Source of the DNA: Macrostomum lignano
Taxonomy: Eukaryota
Length of the DNA stretch: 64,000 nt
NCBI GenBank assembly: GCA_002269645.1
Contig: NIVC01000087.1
Location: 186,001 to 250,000 of the forward strand
Reading direction: 5' to 3'
Below, one piece after another: positions 29,780 to 43,104 of this stretch; positions within the stretch are counted from its first letter, which is position 1, and each line of letters opens with the position of its first letter. The notes below the pieces were generated by a model. That model was given only the letters and a program-made list of their open reading frames with translations. It was not told the origin of the DNA and made no database searches. The position numbers and the translations under genes are program-made.

Positions 29780-30959
29780 CACTTTTTAAGGTATTAAATA
29801 TAATAGGGGATTTAGACTTGCGTATGGAGCACAGCCATTGATTAATTGGCCTGGTATAAACCTATTAAATATTTAATTTAATTGGTATTATATTCCTTGC
29901 AAAATTGCTTAAATAAATAATTTTATAAATAGGGATTACGAATTAATCACGAAATGATTTTACTTGTTATGGGTGTGAATCGCAGTAGTCACGAGTTAGT
30001 TGGGTCAAAGGACTGTGGATGAAAGTTTCAAAATAGTGAATCAGTGTAGGTTTCTAACAATAATCGAGTTCGAGTTCAACGCCGGCGCGCGCGCTCTTAA
30101 TTCTTTTTGCTGTTGTTTAATAGGGCCGCCCAGTTTCCACGAACTACAAATGTTAAAACAACTTATTTTTAACAGTTGAAACAAATGTTTAAAATGCTAT
30201 TGTAATACGGTTATATATGCTTTCCTTTTCTTCAAATTCTTTACAAAAACAATCGATTTTTTTCAAGTCCTAGTTTAATATCTTATTTTAATCTCGTTAT
30301 TTATCGTTATTCTTATTCGCGATCCCTAGATACCAAACTAAAGCGTTGCGTATTAAACATATTACTAGACCGCTTGGGAGCGTAACACAGAGTGCGCTAC
30401 GCTCCCGTGTAGACAGCCGTTGTGTTACGCTCCGCTCCCGTCTAGGCGGTAATCTAAAGGGTGCGCGATCAATTCAAGTCTTTATCATTTTCACAATAAA
30501 TCTTAGGACGAAAACTTATCTCAAATATATAGTTCGTATTTTTAGTATATTTAGATTAGAGATTTAGTATATTTAGACTGGCCAAACAGGCTGTTTGCCT
30601 GAGCCAATGTACTACTACTACTGAACTACATGTAGTTTACAATTATAACAAATTCTTATCCTAAAAAATAGGCTACAGTAAAGTAAGCGCTAATGAAGCT
30701 CCCATGCATATTTTTATAGCTAATTTTAGAGATAAAAAAGAGATAAAAAATTGAATAATCAATCAAATTACTTTTACGCTACTTGCTGCTAATTTCAATT
30801 GCATAATACTTGTACAATACATTGGTTCGACTCCTGTGTGCAATGAGCAGAACAAAAGGGAATTTATCTTGCATTGCACTGTACTGCCATATGACATGGG
30901 CATCAGAAATAGCGTCCTTCGATCTTATATTAGTTGTCCATTGGGTATGAATTAGCAGC

Positions 30960-31345
30960 GGGAACCAGTTTACTGTAATTCGGCGACAGGTTGACAGGCG
31001 AAATCCGAGTTCGCCACGGCCCTCTTGTTGTTGCGCTGCAGACGCGGCGCACTTCTGAACGTAATCTTGCACAGATTTTGTCATGCCGTCCCAATTAAAT
31101 CGCCCCTGCAGCTTCGATAGGGTGGACTTTATCCCCTGATGAGCTCCTCCAGTCACAGAGGTGTGATATTCTTGAATTAATCGACACCGTTCTTCTTGAT
31201 CTTCCACCTCCAGTAGACGCTCCCTTGACCGATGGCGCTTCTTCCGACTATCATCCCGAGCTGAGAGCTGATAGAACAGCTGCTGGCCCTCGTACCTGAA
31301 GTTGAGCGCCTTCTGTCGAACCAATTGCTTTTGAAGTTGTTCTTC
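30960..31345 (-). CDS. Integrase zinc-binding (H2C2)-like ORF, isolated from any pol
   Basis: RQKALNFRYEGQQLFY...IQEYHTSVTGGAHQGIKSTLSKLQGRFNWDGMTKSVQDYVQKC. The last Cys of HHCC is absent and no catalytic core follows. Confidence 0.55.
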
Positions 31346-32089
31346 TCCTTATAGTTGTGGTCAAAGACGCAGGGACGATGCGCCACTAAGCAAGTAAAGT
31401 TTTATGTCGGAATACGCGACAGACATTTTTATGTATTAGTTACCTCAAAATAAGAAAGCCAAGTGCACGAAGTCCAGTTTAGTCGATATATTTAAACTTA
31501 AAGTTATTTATGGGCTGTAATTATTGACAGGTTTTTATCTCGTAAACCCCAGAGAGAAATTATAGCCTAACATGTAGGAGTGCGCTTGGCATGACTTGTC
31601 GTGCCGTATTCAATCTGGGCCCAGATTAAATAACGCATCGAAAGTTATTCAGCCAAATTTTTCTGCCTAGGAAAATGGTTGTTGTTGCGCTCCTCCAGTT
31701 TCGCTCCTCCAACTTTGTTGTTGCGCTCCTCCATAACACCGGTGTAAGTCACATCGAAAATGCTGGTTGAATGATTTTATACTGCAGCTTTTACACTTCG
31801 CACTTTTTATCAAGGACCACTGTATATATAGCTATATACATGTACAGTGGTCCTTGTTTTTTATACCGTAGGGTGCTGCAAGGAATGCATACATGTACGT
31901 ATGTTGCATGTACATGTACTATACATGTACAAATGAACTGCGTTCCTCTCAATTTACAACCGCTATCAAATAAAGCTATCAAGTCACGCGACTGATGTTA
32001 CAAAGCATATAAATAAAGGGAATATAAATTAAGTTAGGTTAGCCTGTCGAAGTACATGTACGCGATCGATTTGACGCCCCCCCCCTTGG

Positions 32090-32355
32090 CCACTTGTGTG
32101 GTCCGCGACTTGTTTTGAAGAAGTCGAAAAAAGCAGCCCGTGTCACAGTCCCAGAGGAGCCTTCTGAGCTCTGCACTGCTCAGCTGTTGCTGCTGCTGCC
32201 CGTGTCTCCTGCAATCCAAAAAGAGCCTAGCCTGTCGCTGTTGCTGCTGCTGCGCGGCACCTGCTGGCTTTGCCGAGTCGTCTGCTGGCTTCGCCGCGGC
32301 ACCTGCTGGCTTTGCCGAGTCGTCTACTGGCTTTGCCGCACCAGAACGGCACACC
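32090..32355 (-). CDS. Possible exon of an unknown gene (AKPA repeats, poly-Q)
   Basis: GC-rich open frame with protein-like low complexity and an AG upstream; no recognisable domain. Confidence 0.35.
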
Positions 32356-33869
32356 TACTAAGTGCTGGATGGGTGTTCGGAGAGGAAAAGTCAAAGCTGA
32401 TCGTCGATAGCTGTTACAGGTTTGTAGTTCCAGAAATGAAGGAGTAAGCACATCTATTGGCGCTGCACATTTAGACGAACTGACTGTATTTGCCGTGCCA
32501 CCGTCACTCAGACGGGCCAGAAATTCAAAAACGGCCCGTCTGGCACAGGACCAACCACCTTCCAGAGCACTGGCCTTAACAACGCGGCTCCAGCTTAGGA
32601 AAGCTGTAAAAGAGCCGACGCGACGGAGTTTGAATTCACTGGAAGCCGACATATGGACATGCATAATTTTTATGGACATTATTGTTTAAGCTTTTACTCG
32701 TAGTATTACAAATGCATATCCCCCATTCACAGCTCTTAAATCCAGAAATAAATACTTGTTAAAATAATGCACTCTCTTTTGTGCATTATAATTAGGGATA
32801 TTTAGCAAATTAATTCACCATTTCCTTTTTACTGAGCCAAAGCATTTTTACTTTTTACTAAGTAAAACTCGCTAAGTGCTTTTGCATGGCTACCCCTCAA
32901 CCGAGACTACGTGCCCACTCAAAACAACTGCTGCATGTGAAGGCACGATCCCCTTCGCCTCAAGGAATTTCGGAAAAAACATATAGCAAGGAGCGGAGCG
33001 CGAATTCAGATCAAAATTTGCTTGGTCATGAGTTAAATATTCAGTTAATTGTTGCATTGATAATGTGACTTTATTTTTGCGGCTCAGATTCACTTAAGAT
33101 CGTTGGAATTATCAAAGTAGCTACGCCAAAGATATCGAAAGTGGCTGGCATGCAACGGCAGGGGTTTACAAAAGCATTTTGGGCGACATTACGTTTTCCG
33201 GTTTTTAACACTGAACAAGCGAGTTACTACAGGGGGCGAGGTTAGTTTACCCAGGCTTGAATGTTTTGCCTTGGTTGCGTTAAAGCGATTCGGGAAGGTC
33301 TGGTCTCGAGTCCTATTACTGTATTTCTGTACTCGTCGGGTCGCACGTCCATCTCTCGGTCACCAGATTTGGTTGCGCTCGATGCTCCTTCTCGACGACG
33401 GTCTCCGGCCCCGGCACATGGCCGCGCTCATATCTCTGCCTCGCCCTTGTGTGTTTGATCTGAAATGGGCTGCGGTTTTCTTTAGCTCGTAGGTGCCTCG
33501 CTATCTATCTTCTGGATATGTTGAGTTGCCCACTTCCGCAGTCTTCTATTATTGCATTACCTTAGTCTGCTGGCCTTTGAGTCCAGTGTGCCCTTGGTTT
33601 TGGCTTTGCCTCGCCCAACTGTGCTTAAGCACGCCTCCAAATAGCCCTCTCTACTGTCGAATTTTCAAGCCCTATACTGATTTATAGCTTCGGCTAATAA
33701 GAATCCGGGAAGCTGCAGCACACGAAAGATTTGACAGCTACTACCGGTAAACAGGGGCGTCGCCACCGGCCGGGGGTAGGACATGGCCCCCTCAGTAAAA
33801 GCTATGGAAGACATGACAATGCTTTGTCCCCCCCCCCACCTTGTGATCCGTTGTGTAAAGCAATCCTCT

Positions 33870-36795
33870 TCAGGCGCTATCTTTCGGATGGCGCCGAGGA
33901 CCGTGAGGCTCAACAGCATCGAGCCCCAGCCGTACCACAGGGCACGCTTCGAGTCGGGACGCTGAACTGCCGCACTCTCAAGGCCGCCTGGCGACGAGGG
34001 CTGCTGGCGAAGCTAGCGCTCGACCTTAGCTGTGACGTCATTGCTCTGCAGGTGTCCATCAAGGCCGACCCGGGACTTCAATGTGAGGACTTGGGCGCCG
34101 GGTGGACGCTTCACTACACATCGGCGGTCGTGGAGGAGTTGGAGTGCTGATCGGACCGAGGCTGCAGCAGAGCTGTCGCTGCATCTCCCTGTCCCCTCGG
34201 CTGCTTCGGGTCGACGTCCGGCTTCGCGGCCGGAACGCTCGCCTGTTCTGCGCGTACGCGCCCCCTGCCACCCGCCCTGACGAGGCTCAGACCTTCTTTG
34301 AGCAGCTCTCGGTGCAGGTGGAGGCTATGGCGCAGCGTGATACAGTGGCTGTTCTCGGAGACCTAAACGCGGTCCTGCGTAGGTCCGAGCGTTCGCTGTT
34401 CGTGACACCGCGCGAGAACGGCAACACCGGAGCTCTGGAGGACTTCCTGGAGAGGCAGGACATGGTGTCGGTCAACACCCGCTTCCGCAAGTCAACGGGC
34501 GGGCTCGCGACTTTCGTGGGCTGCAAGAGGAGGCGGCGGAAGACGCGCGCAGGCGGAATGCAACACGCAGGCAGGCACAGCTCCACCACGTGCTATTGCG
34601 CTTTCGTGAGCGCCGTCGCGCCGTCAACTGCCGCGCCATCACGCCGCTGGCTCTGCGGTCCGATCACCGTCTGCTTATATGCGACCTTTGACTTCGCGAT
34701 CACCGTCCGCCGAAGCGGCCACCGCGGCGCTACTATCGCGCGCTTAGGGACGCCGACACGCATCGCCGCTTTGCCAGCGCTTTCATCACTGCGCTTGGCG
34801 GCAAACGTGGAGGTGCCGAGTACGCGGATGTGTGCGCTGCAGTTCGGGCCGCCGCAGAGCAAGCAGTCCCGCTGATGCAACCGGCCCAGCGCGGGCAGCC
34901 GGTCTGGCAGGACGACCCCGAGGTTCGGCAAGCGAAGGAGGAGGTGGAGAGCCTCCGTCTGAGCAGACAGCCAACCCGCGAAGCAGAGAATGTACTGGCG
35001 GCTATCTATCTCAAGCGCCAGCAGGCCGCTGTCGACGACGCTATTCAGGCCGTCTCTGCTGCTGGGTCCGATGCCAGAGGGCGCGTGGCCTGGTCTGCCA
35101 TCAATGCTCTGACGGGACGAAAACGGCGCTTGGCGCTAAACCCTGCAGGCGACACTGCGGACGAGCGCAGAAATGAGCTGCGTGAGTTTTTCGCCGCCAT
35201 CGTCAACGCGCCGCCACCCCTGCTGCCGGATAACCTGACGCTGCCGCCGGAGACGCCGTTGCCGGCAGAGGAGAGTTTCAGTGTAGCCCCAGTCAGCACA
35301 GCCGACGTTGTGAGGCTCGCCCAGCTGTCACCGGGCGGCAAGGCGCTGGGTCCGGACGAGGTGCCCATTGAAGCACTGCGCATTCACTGTGTGGCCAGTG
35401 AGGTCGCCAGATTGATGAATCGAGTGCTTTCCGGTGAGGCGGCGCCCAACGAATGGACCACGGCACACATCGTCGCAGTTCCTAAGAAGCCGGGCACCAC
35501 GAGGCTTGAAGAGCATCGAGGCATCTGCCTTCAGTCCTGCGCTGCGAAGCTGTTCAACCGCCTGCTGTTATCGCGGTTACAGCCGGTGCTGGATCCGTAC
35601 CTGCGCCCAGAGCAGAACGGCTTCCGACCCCAGATCGCAGCACAGTGACGTAGATCCTGGCTCTTCGCCGAGTCACCGAGGAGGCGCGGACGCACCAGTC
35701 GATCCTGATTGTCATCTTTGTTGATTTCAAGAAAGCGTTCGACTCGGTTGTCAGGGCTGCGCTCCAAATGGTGCTCCGTGCGTACAACGTGCCAGAACAG
35801 CTGGTTTCCGCCATCATGGCGATGTACCGCGACACGAAAGCTGCTGTGACAACGCCGGACGGCCTATCGGATTTCTTCGAGACCTCCTCGGGGGTTCTTC
35901 AAGGAGATACGCTAGCGCCGTTCTTGTTCGTGCTGGTGCTTGACTGGGTGCTGCGGACTGCACTTCCCTCTAACGACGATGGTTTCCTGCTGCGGCGACG
36001 CGTGGGTCGACGTCAACCGGAGAGGCGGCTCAGCGTGCTTGTTTACGCCGACGATCTCGCCCTGCTGTCCTCTACCGTTGAGGGCGCCCAGCGACAGCTT
36101 GATCGACTGGTTGCTGTTGCGGCGAGTGTCGGCCTGATGATCAACGCGCGTGCTGATCAGTGATCGTGCTGTGCGTGCCGGACGACATCGAGGCTGCTAT
36201 CCTATGCCGAGGCGCTGACGGACAGGCAACGGAACTTCCGCGATGTCAGCAGTTCATCTACCTCGGCGGTCTGGTCCCCGACGTACGCGGGGATCTGCGT
36301 CGTCGCCGCGGGCTTGCCTGGGCTGCCTTCCGCTCTGTGAGGGCAGTCCTGCAGTCTGAAGCCCTTCCGGACCGCCAGAGGGCGGCGCTGTTCCAGGCGG
36401 TAGTCGAAACCGTCCTGCTTTACAACGCGGAGACCTGGACGCTGACAGACTCGCTCGAACATCAAGTTGACGCGGCGCACGCTGGCCTGCTGCGCGCCGC
36501 TTTCAAGATCGGCGACGAGCGAGTCACCAACGCGGCACTCTATCGCCGCGCCGGCCTGGCCCGTCCAAGTGACCTGCTGCGCCGTCGGCGACTCCAGCTG
36601 GCAGGTCATATCATCCGCGCCGAGTCGTACTGCCCACAGTCGGTGCAGGAGGTGCTGCTGATCACGCTGCAGGCACCCTACCGGCGAGGACAGGCGCGCA
36701 CTCGGCGTTTCGTCGACTGCCTGCTGGCTGACGCCGGCGCCCCGGACTCTGCCGGCGGAGCGGCCTATGTTCGCACCCTGGCCTTGAGAGCGCCC
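33870..36795 (+). mobile_element. Non-LTR retrotransposon, RTE-like (APE endonuclease + RT), frameshifted
   Basis: Across successive frames: LRVGTLNCRTL, VLGDLNA, SDH (APE); KALGPDEVP, HRGICLQSCAAKLFNRLL, EQNGFRP, DFKKAFDSV, GVLQGDTLAPFLF, YADDLALL, FIYLG (RT). Confidence 0.9.
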
Positions 36796-37414
36796 TGTGA
36801 CACTAGAGACTATCCAGTTTACTCTGTTGTCTGTTGGGCTCGCCCTCCGATCCTGTTTAGGGCTGGTTTTGTCCGGGTCGGGCTGGCTGCCTGAAGTGGT
36901 AAGGTGGGCTCAGGCAAGAAAATCTATAAATAGTGTAGCTAGTTCTAGGTTCTATTTCTAGATCTCCACGGCTCAGGGCTTGTCTTCTTACTCATGCTCG
37001 CAATCTGTTTACTCTTCGCTTCGATTGTTGTTTTTTGTCTCCAATGTGCCCTGGAGAATTAGTTAGAAAAGCTGTCTGTCTTTCTGTCTGTGTCTGTCTA
37101 ATCTCGCATTGTCTCGTCTCGTCTTGTCTGCGTCTATCCTTTTTTCGTGTACTTTTAGACTTTACTTTGAAGTAACATTTTTGGATTTTTTATCTTCAGG
37201 TGCTATATACGGCTCCCTAGAAATGTACTTAAAAATCGGTTAAGGATATCTTCCTAATGACTGCCTGCCTGTGCAGTGAATCAGATCACAGATACTGTAT
37301 ACCCTAGGTGGTTCACTTAATTGTTTTTATAGCAAAACTACTATATGGAAAATGCACATTATCATGTACCGATTATTTTTAGTATCCGTCTTGTCAGCAC
37401 TCAATTTATAAAGC

Positions 37415-37645
37415 GCCGCAGGCACTCGTTTTCGCGCCGCAGGCACTCATTTTCGCGCCGCAGGCACTCATTTTCGCGCCGCAGGCACTCATTTTCGCGC
37501 CGCAGGCACTCATTTTGGCGCCGCAGGCACTCATTTTCGCGCCGCAGGCACTCATTTTAGCGCCGCAGGCACGCATTTAGCGCCGCTGGCACTTATTTTC
37601 GCGCCACAGGCACTCATTTTAGCGTTACAGGCACTCATTTTCGCG
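37415..37645. repeat. 21-bp minisatellite (GCGCCGCAGGCACTCATTTTC)
   Basis: Tandem units visible. Confidence 0.93.
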
Positions 37646-37887
37646 CCAACTCGTGGTAACAGTGAAAACTGTGATTTCGTAGATAATCTTTTAGATAATT
37701 GATAATGTTTTAGCGCTAAAGGCAGGTAGTTCAGGTAGTTAAATTTAAACATATCTACGCATAACTTCAGTCTAAATAGCTTGCAGTGGCAGTATAAGTT
37801 ATATATTTACTCGTACAAATCAAAGCAGCTCAAATCGGAATCAAACCACAACAAATAACACCCAACAGCTAAGAGAGCAAGGCAGCA

Positions 37888-38065
37888 AGTTCGGCTAGCA
37901 AAATCCTCGCTAGCAGATTTCGTCTAGCAAACTTCGGCTAGCAGATTTCGGTTAGCAAACTTCGTCTAGCAGATTTCGGCTAGCAAACTTCGTCTAGCAG
38001 ATTTCGGTTAGCAAACTTCGTCTAGCAGATTTCGGCTAGCAGATTTCGGCTAGCAGATCTCCTGC
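37888..38065. repeat. 14-bp minisatellite (TTCGGCTAGCAGAT/AAAC)
   Basis: Tandem units visible. Confidence 0.9.
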
Positions 38066-39923
38066 TAGCAGATCTTGTACTACCGCCAGGTACCATTACT
38101 GGCCCTCCCCGTTTTAAAAAGTGGGGGGGGACATGGCCCACTGTCCCCCCCATTCCTACGCCTATGAAACCTTTTTTTTGGGGGGGGGGGCATCACAAAC
38201 CGAAAAAACCACAACACCGCGAAAGCACTTCCCAATCCCATCATAAACCCGAAATCAGGAGTCGCCATGAATTTTATGGCGAGGGACAAAGCCAAGAATT
38301 CTACATGACTACAGATATAAATTCCTACAAAATTTTGGGGATCGGTGTTGATAGCACTAATTTTGGCGCCAAAGGCGCTATTTTTTGGCGCCCTGAAGCA
38401 AATTACGGATTTCTTTAACGGGTCACCATCACAAGGCGGGGCGAGGGACAAAGCATTGGCCGGGCATGTCCCCCATAGCTTTTACTGGGGGACATTTCCC
38501 CTCCCCCCCCCTAGTGGCGACGCGGCTGACCGAAATATAACGCCGAAAACTAAAATAGCAGCCCTCTTTTTCCAGCCGTCTCTAGTCCAGTAATTCTTAG
38601 AAGTCCATGTTTGAACTGGAAGGAATATTCCAAATCTCGTCTTGTCAGTCATCTTTGGCTGAACCCTAACCCTAACCCTAATCCTGCTTCGCATGTCGGG
38701 TCTGACTAAGCGGGAAGTAGAATCGATAAAAATGCCGTCTCCCCTTGGAGAGAAGAGATGGGAAGCGAGAGGCTCGAGGTGTACGAGCTACATTGCCAAA
38801 TGTCGAAGTAACCCCAACTGAGAGAATCGATCGGTTAGTCATATAGAATGTACATTTCTTTCCCTGTCTATCCCGCGCCCTCGCAGGAGGATTTCTCTCC
38901 ATATCTCTGTTTCATAGCTTGCACGGCCGGCCAATAGCAGAGTGCCAGTCGTATTGACCCCTCAATTCTCTCTCTCCAGCGCCTGGAAAGAGAATTTTAT
39001 ATATTCCGCCCTCAACTCGGGGCAGAGCCCGAGCCTCCCTCTGTCTGTAGCCCTGTGCACGGAATGGCTAAAAGGAATCTACCATTCTACCTCCCGATAT
39101 TTGTTATTCAACCTGCATCAAGTCAGAGAATGCGGCTGCAATTAAATTAAAGTAAGTTTTTTTCTGTATCACTACTGCTAATATATATCATTTGTTTTGT
39201 TGCCCTGGTGATGTCTTCGAGCTCGCCTGCAACGCTAACAAAAATTGTATTGATTTTTTCTCCAAACATTTTTATCGAATGGGTTGCTTCTCTTCTGAAG
39301 AAGTCCCAAATGACTATTATATTATTTTTTCTCTCACTAGCTAAGAAAACGCAAATCTAGCACTATTTAAAATTAACACTCAAAGTTTAGTGTTAATTAC
39401 AACTCATCTTCTCCATCTCCATCTTCTTTCCAGTCCTTGCTGCCGGCAGCTGCGGGTCAGGAAAGAAAATTTCCTCCCTTCCCCAGTACGAAAGCTCTTC
39501 TCCTCCATCCTCCATGATCTCCCCCATCAGTACGTAGATTCTCGTCCTCTTCTGAGTCAGCACTGGTCGCTGTTTTGCTTGCTGCTGTCTACTGCTACAG
39601 TGGATTGGAGGGTTGGGTTGTGGTTAACGAGTGGAGCTTCGCCAGGAAGGGAGCCTGGGGGGGGGGAGTTAAATGTTCGAGTTATAGCTCTAACCTAGCT
39701 CTCTTCTAATCTGGGCCAAGTGGATGAATCATCGCTGAAAACTATGCTAATGCGCCTTCCTTAGTCACTTCCCACAAACATTTTATGGCGTTTGGTGTCC
39801 TTGGTCTTGAAGTGATACATTTTGGCCCGGAAAGTTTCAATCCAGTTTTTCCCAATATTGGGGGAAAAGCAGATTAAAATAGTGAGCGATGGTGGTGGAT
39901 TAAGTCATAAAAAAAGAGAATAT

Positions 39924-40774
39924 TGATGTGTTCCTTATTACCCGACTGTTGGTAATCAAAGAACACTCACTTCTAGCTCAGTAGCTAGGCAACCCAGTAC
40001 GTCAACAGAAGGTATTCAATTACCTTGAGTCCTTAACTGAGAGCTCTCGTCAATACTCCTTGTTCGTTGATCTCGTTATCAGTAGCGTTCCTGTCCTTCA
40101 GGAATTCCGGGCGCCGGTCAACAGTTGATCTGGTCCGCTCTTGCAATTGTCTCTTTGACTTCTTGCCGGTCGGTTATCTGTAGTTCGGACCAATCGGAAG
40201 CTTCCAAGTTAACAATGGGTACCCTGCGCCAAACTGCGGTTTAACATAAGCCTACTCCTTCTAGCAGTGCCTCTATGCACTCTAGGTATAGCTCCGGAAA
40301 CCACTGATAGTCTTCTAAGATCTATCAGGGGCAGTCCTTCTGGATACTGCAACCAGTAGAGTCTAGACAGACTCAGGAGTCTCAACAGACTCAACCTAAA
40401 CTCCACGAGACGCCTCAAAAATACAGGCGCAAATGAGTAAGGCTTACCACAAGAACTCGACCAGTCTTCTGTAGGAAGTCCTGTAGTGGCTTCCTCTTCG
40501 GAGCTCTTCTCCTTCCGGAGGAAATGTGACTCCGGTACCGCTTCAGATCGCTTGTATTTATAGGCAACTTTTTGATCCAAAATAGCATTATTACCATCCA
40601 CGTGTTGCGCTAAAAGGGGAAAATGGCTCATGGCGTATCATTTTGGTAACATCTTTTCCTGGTAGCGTGATTCATTCAAAGCTTAGGCGCACATGCGTGT
40701 ACTTACTTACTTATAGTAGCATTATACGATTATCTTCTTTTATCCTTTTTTAACGGGAGGTAGAACACTCTACA
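39924..40774 (-). mobile_element. Solo LTR (family A, 851 bp)
   Basis: Minus strand TGTAGAG...ACATCA with internal TATAAATA; 4-bp TSD ATAT on both sides. Confidence 0.9.
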
Positions 40775-40875
40775 ATATGCCACTCGAGCAAAATTAATTA
40801 TTAAGATCGGAAGGAGGAGAATGCTGAATGCGCTTGACGGAGAAGGTATGAAGAGCGGCATAATCTGGCGAAGTG

Positions 40876-41349
40876 TCAGTGAGGTAGCCAGCAAGTCTTT
40901 CGTCGACGGTGAATAGCGTATAAATGTCGACGAAGGGAAGGGCAAGAGAAAGGAAAAAGAGTATGGGCAACTACCGAACGAGAATAAAAATCGATAATTA
41001 TTAAAGCAAAGTTTCGGGAGCGCGTTGAGAGAATAAAAACAGCGTGGGTGCAGAAAAAATTGTGCGGCTGCAGACGATTTTGCGTGCGCATGATAGTGCT
41101 ATTAGTAGCACGACGAAAAAATGGAGGAAAAATTTGATAAACATAAGGGGCAAGATAATTTAAAGAGATAAAGTAATTTTTAAGCGCGGAAGTTAGCATT
41201 TGTGCTGAGGGGTCAACCGCATCATAGCCAGTTGGTTGCCATAGGTAACGCATAAAAGGGAGCAGTAGAGGCCAAGTGTCTTGGTTAAAGCGCATATACG
41301 ATTGAGGGATAGTAGAGGCAGAGAGTTGAAGAAAGTTGTCAATTGTCAT
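40876..41349 (-). CDS. Orphan ORF (157 aa, probably frameshifted onward) between LTRs
   Basis: ATG-initiated open frame with protein-like composition; no recognisable motif. Confidence 0.35.
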   Translation of the reverse strand: MTIDNFLQLSASTIPQSYMRFNQDTWPLLLPFMRYLWQPTGYDAVDPSAQMLTSALKNYFISLNYLAPYVYQIFPPFFRRATNSTIMRTQNRLQPHNFFCTHAVFILSTRSRNFALIIIDFYSRSVVAHTLFPFSCPSLRRHLYAIHRRRKTCWLPH

Positions 41350-41380
41350 AGTAGGAGAAAAAATGTATAATTGGTGGTAA

Positions 41381-42435
41381 TGATATGTTCCTTATTACCC
41401 GTCCTCAACTGTAATCAAGGAACAATCACTTCTAGCTCAATAGCTAGGCAACCCAGTAAGTCAACAGAAGGTATTCAATTACCTTGAGTCCTTAGGAGAT
41501 ATCTCGAAGTATAGCTCGTGTAGTTCTCGTCAATATCGTGTAGTCAGCTTCTGACTTGCGTTCGTAGATCGGGTCCGAGTCTTCTTTCTTCCTTAGAAAT
41601 AGTTCCGGTCGGAATCTGTCGTTCGGAGCAATAGGAAGCTTCCAATTTAACAATGGGATCCCTGCGCCAAACTGCGGTTTGAATTAAGCCTCCTTCTTCT
41701 AGCAGTGCCTCTATGCACTCTAGGTATAGCTCCGGAAACCACTGATAGTCTTCTAAGATCTATCAGGGGCAGTCCTTCTGGAGACTGCAACCAGTGGAGT
41801 CTAAACAGACTCAAGAGTCTCAACAGACTCAAACTAAACTCAAGTCACACTGGACTTGAGCGAGACGTCTCTAACAACAACGGACGCAAATAAGGAAGGC
41901 TTACCGCAACAACCGACCGAGTCTTGGTCCAGGAAGTCTGACTGTGGCTTCCTCTTCGGAGCTCTTCTCCTTCCGGAGGTATTGTGGCTCCGGGTCCGTT
42001 CCGGACCACTTGTATTTATAGGCAAATGGACCCTCATGATGTCACGTGGGTCCAACTCTTCAACTGTCAAAAGGTGTCACGGTTTGGTTGCTGTCAAACA
42101 TGGCAGGTTAGAAAGTTACTCCATTGGTTTAGTGTAAAAACGCGTGATTGGTTATCGCATTCGAGTTATTTTTAGTTACATTTGATTGGTTCACGTGCGT
42201 ACGGTTGAATGATACATTTCTCCTGGGGTTTGAGTTTGACAAGTGCAGGTTACACGTGATTGGGTGATTTCTAAGTTTAGCATGCTCGAGGTCTCTTTCT
42301 TCCTATTGGTTAGTCCGAATATACAAAGTTCAAAGCATACCTTTATTCATACTCTTCAATTTACTACTAAATAAAATGTGCTAGTAGTACATTAACACTT
42401 TTATGTCTTCTTTACGGGAGGTAGAACACTCTACA
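41381..42435 (-). mobile_element. Family-A LTR variant with a replaced U3 region
   Basis: Homologous to the other copies from 41381 to the TATA box (about 42020) and in the terminal ~25 bp (CGGGAGGTAGAACACTCTACA); unrelated in between. Confidence 0.8.
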
Positions 42436-42880
42436 TGGAGTCTAAACAGACTCAAGAGTCTCAACAGACCCAAATAGACTTAAGTCACACTAGACTTGAG
42501 CGAGACGTCTCTAACACAACGGGCGCAAATCAGGAAAGCTTACCGCAACAATTCGACCGAGTCTCGATTGACTTGGTGATCAGGAAGTCCTCCTAAGGCT
42601 TCCTCTTCGGAGCTTCTCCTCTCGTCGGGAGTTGGCTCCTGGTCCGCTTCGGACCGCTTGTATTTATAGGCAACTTTTTGATCCAAAATAGCATCATGAC
42701 AATTCACGTGTTGCGCTAAAAAGGGGAAAATGGCTCATGGCGTATTATTTTGGTTACATCTTTTCTTGGTAACGTAATTCATTCAAAGCTAAGGCGCACA
42801 TGCGTGTACTTACTTACTTATAGTAGCATTATACGATTATCTTCTTTTTACCTTTTTAACGGGAGGTAGAACACTCTACA
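42436..42880 (-). mobile_element. Partial family-A 3' LTR with polypurine tract at about 42881-42897
   Basis: Starts mid-LTR (TGGAGTCTAAACAG) and ends ...CTCTACA; preceded on the minus strand by AAAAAAGGGAG. Confidence 0.85.
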
Positions 42881-43104
42881 AAAACTCCCTTTTTTACGAA
42901 AAACTCGTCCCGAGTTTTAACAATGAAATAAGAAAATCGGTTTGGTGAATTATTGTACACTTTACACGTAAGACCATTTACATATTTACTCGTAGCGTAA
43001 ATTGCGTGTTAATAAGGGTTAGTACTGTTAAGTCTATGCCCCGTTACTGTCTGTTACTCCATCTGCCGGGGATACCTGTTGTCCTCGCGTTGCTGCCGAG
43101 GCAT

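Noticed and set aside
36796-37178. Possible solo LTR (TGTGAC start, CTATAAATAG) after the RTE-like LINE
   Set aside because: No matching TSD or second copy.
38140-38530. G-run-rich MITE-like ends resembling 33750-33800
   Set aside because: Similarity is short and low-complexity; no TIR pair with a TSD could be defined.
38662-38681. (CCCTAA)3 telomere-like motif
   Set aside because: Only about three units and internal; too short to infer a telomere or fusion site.
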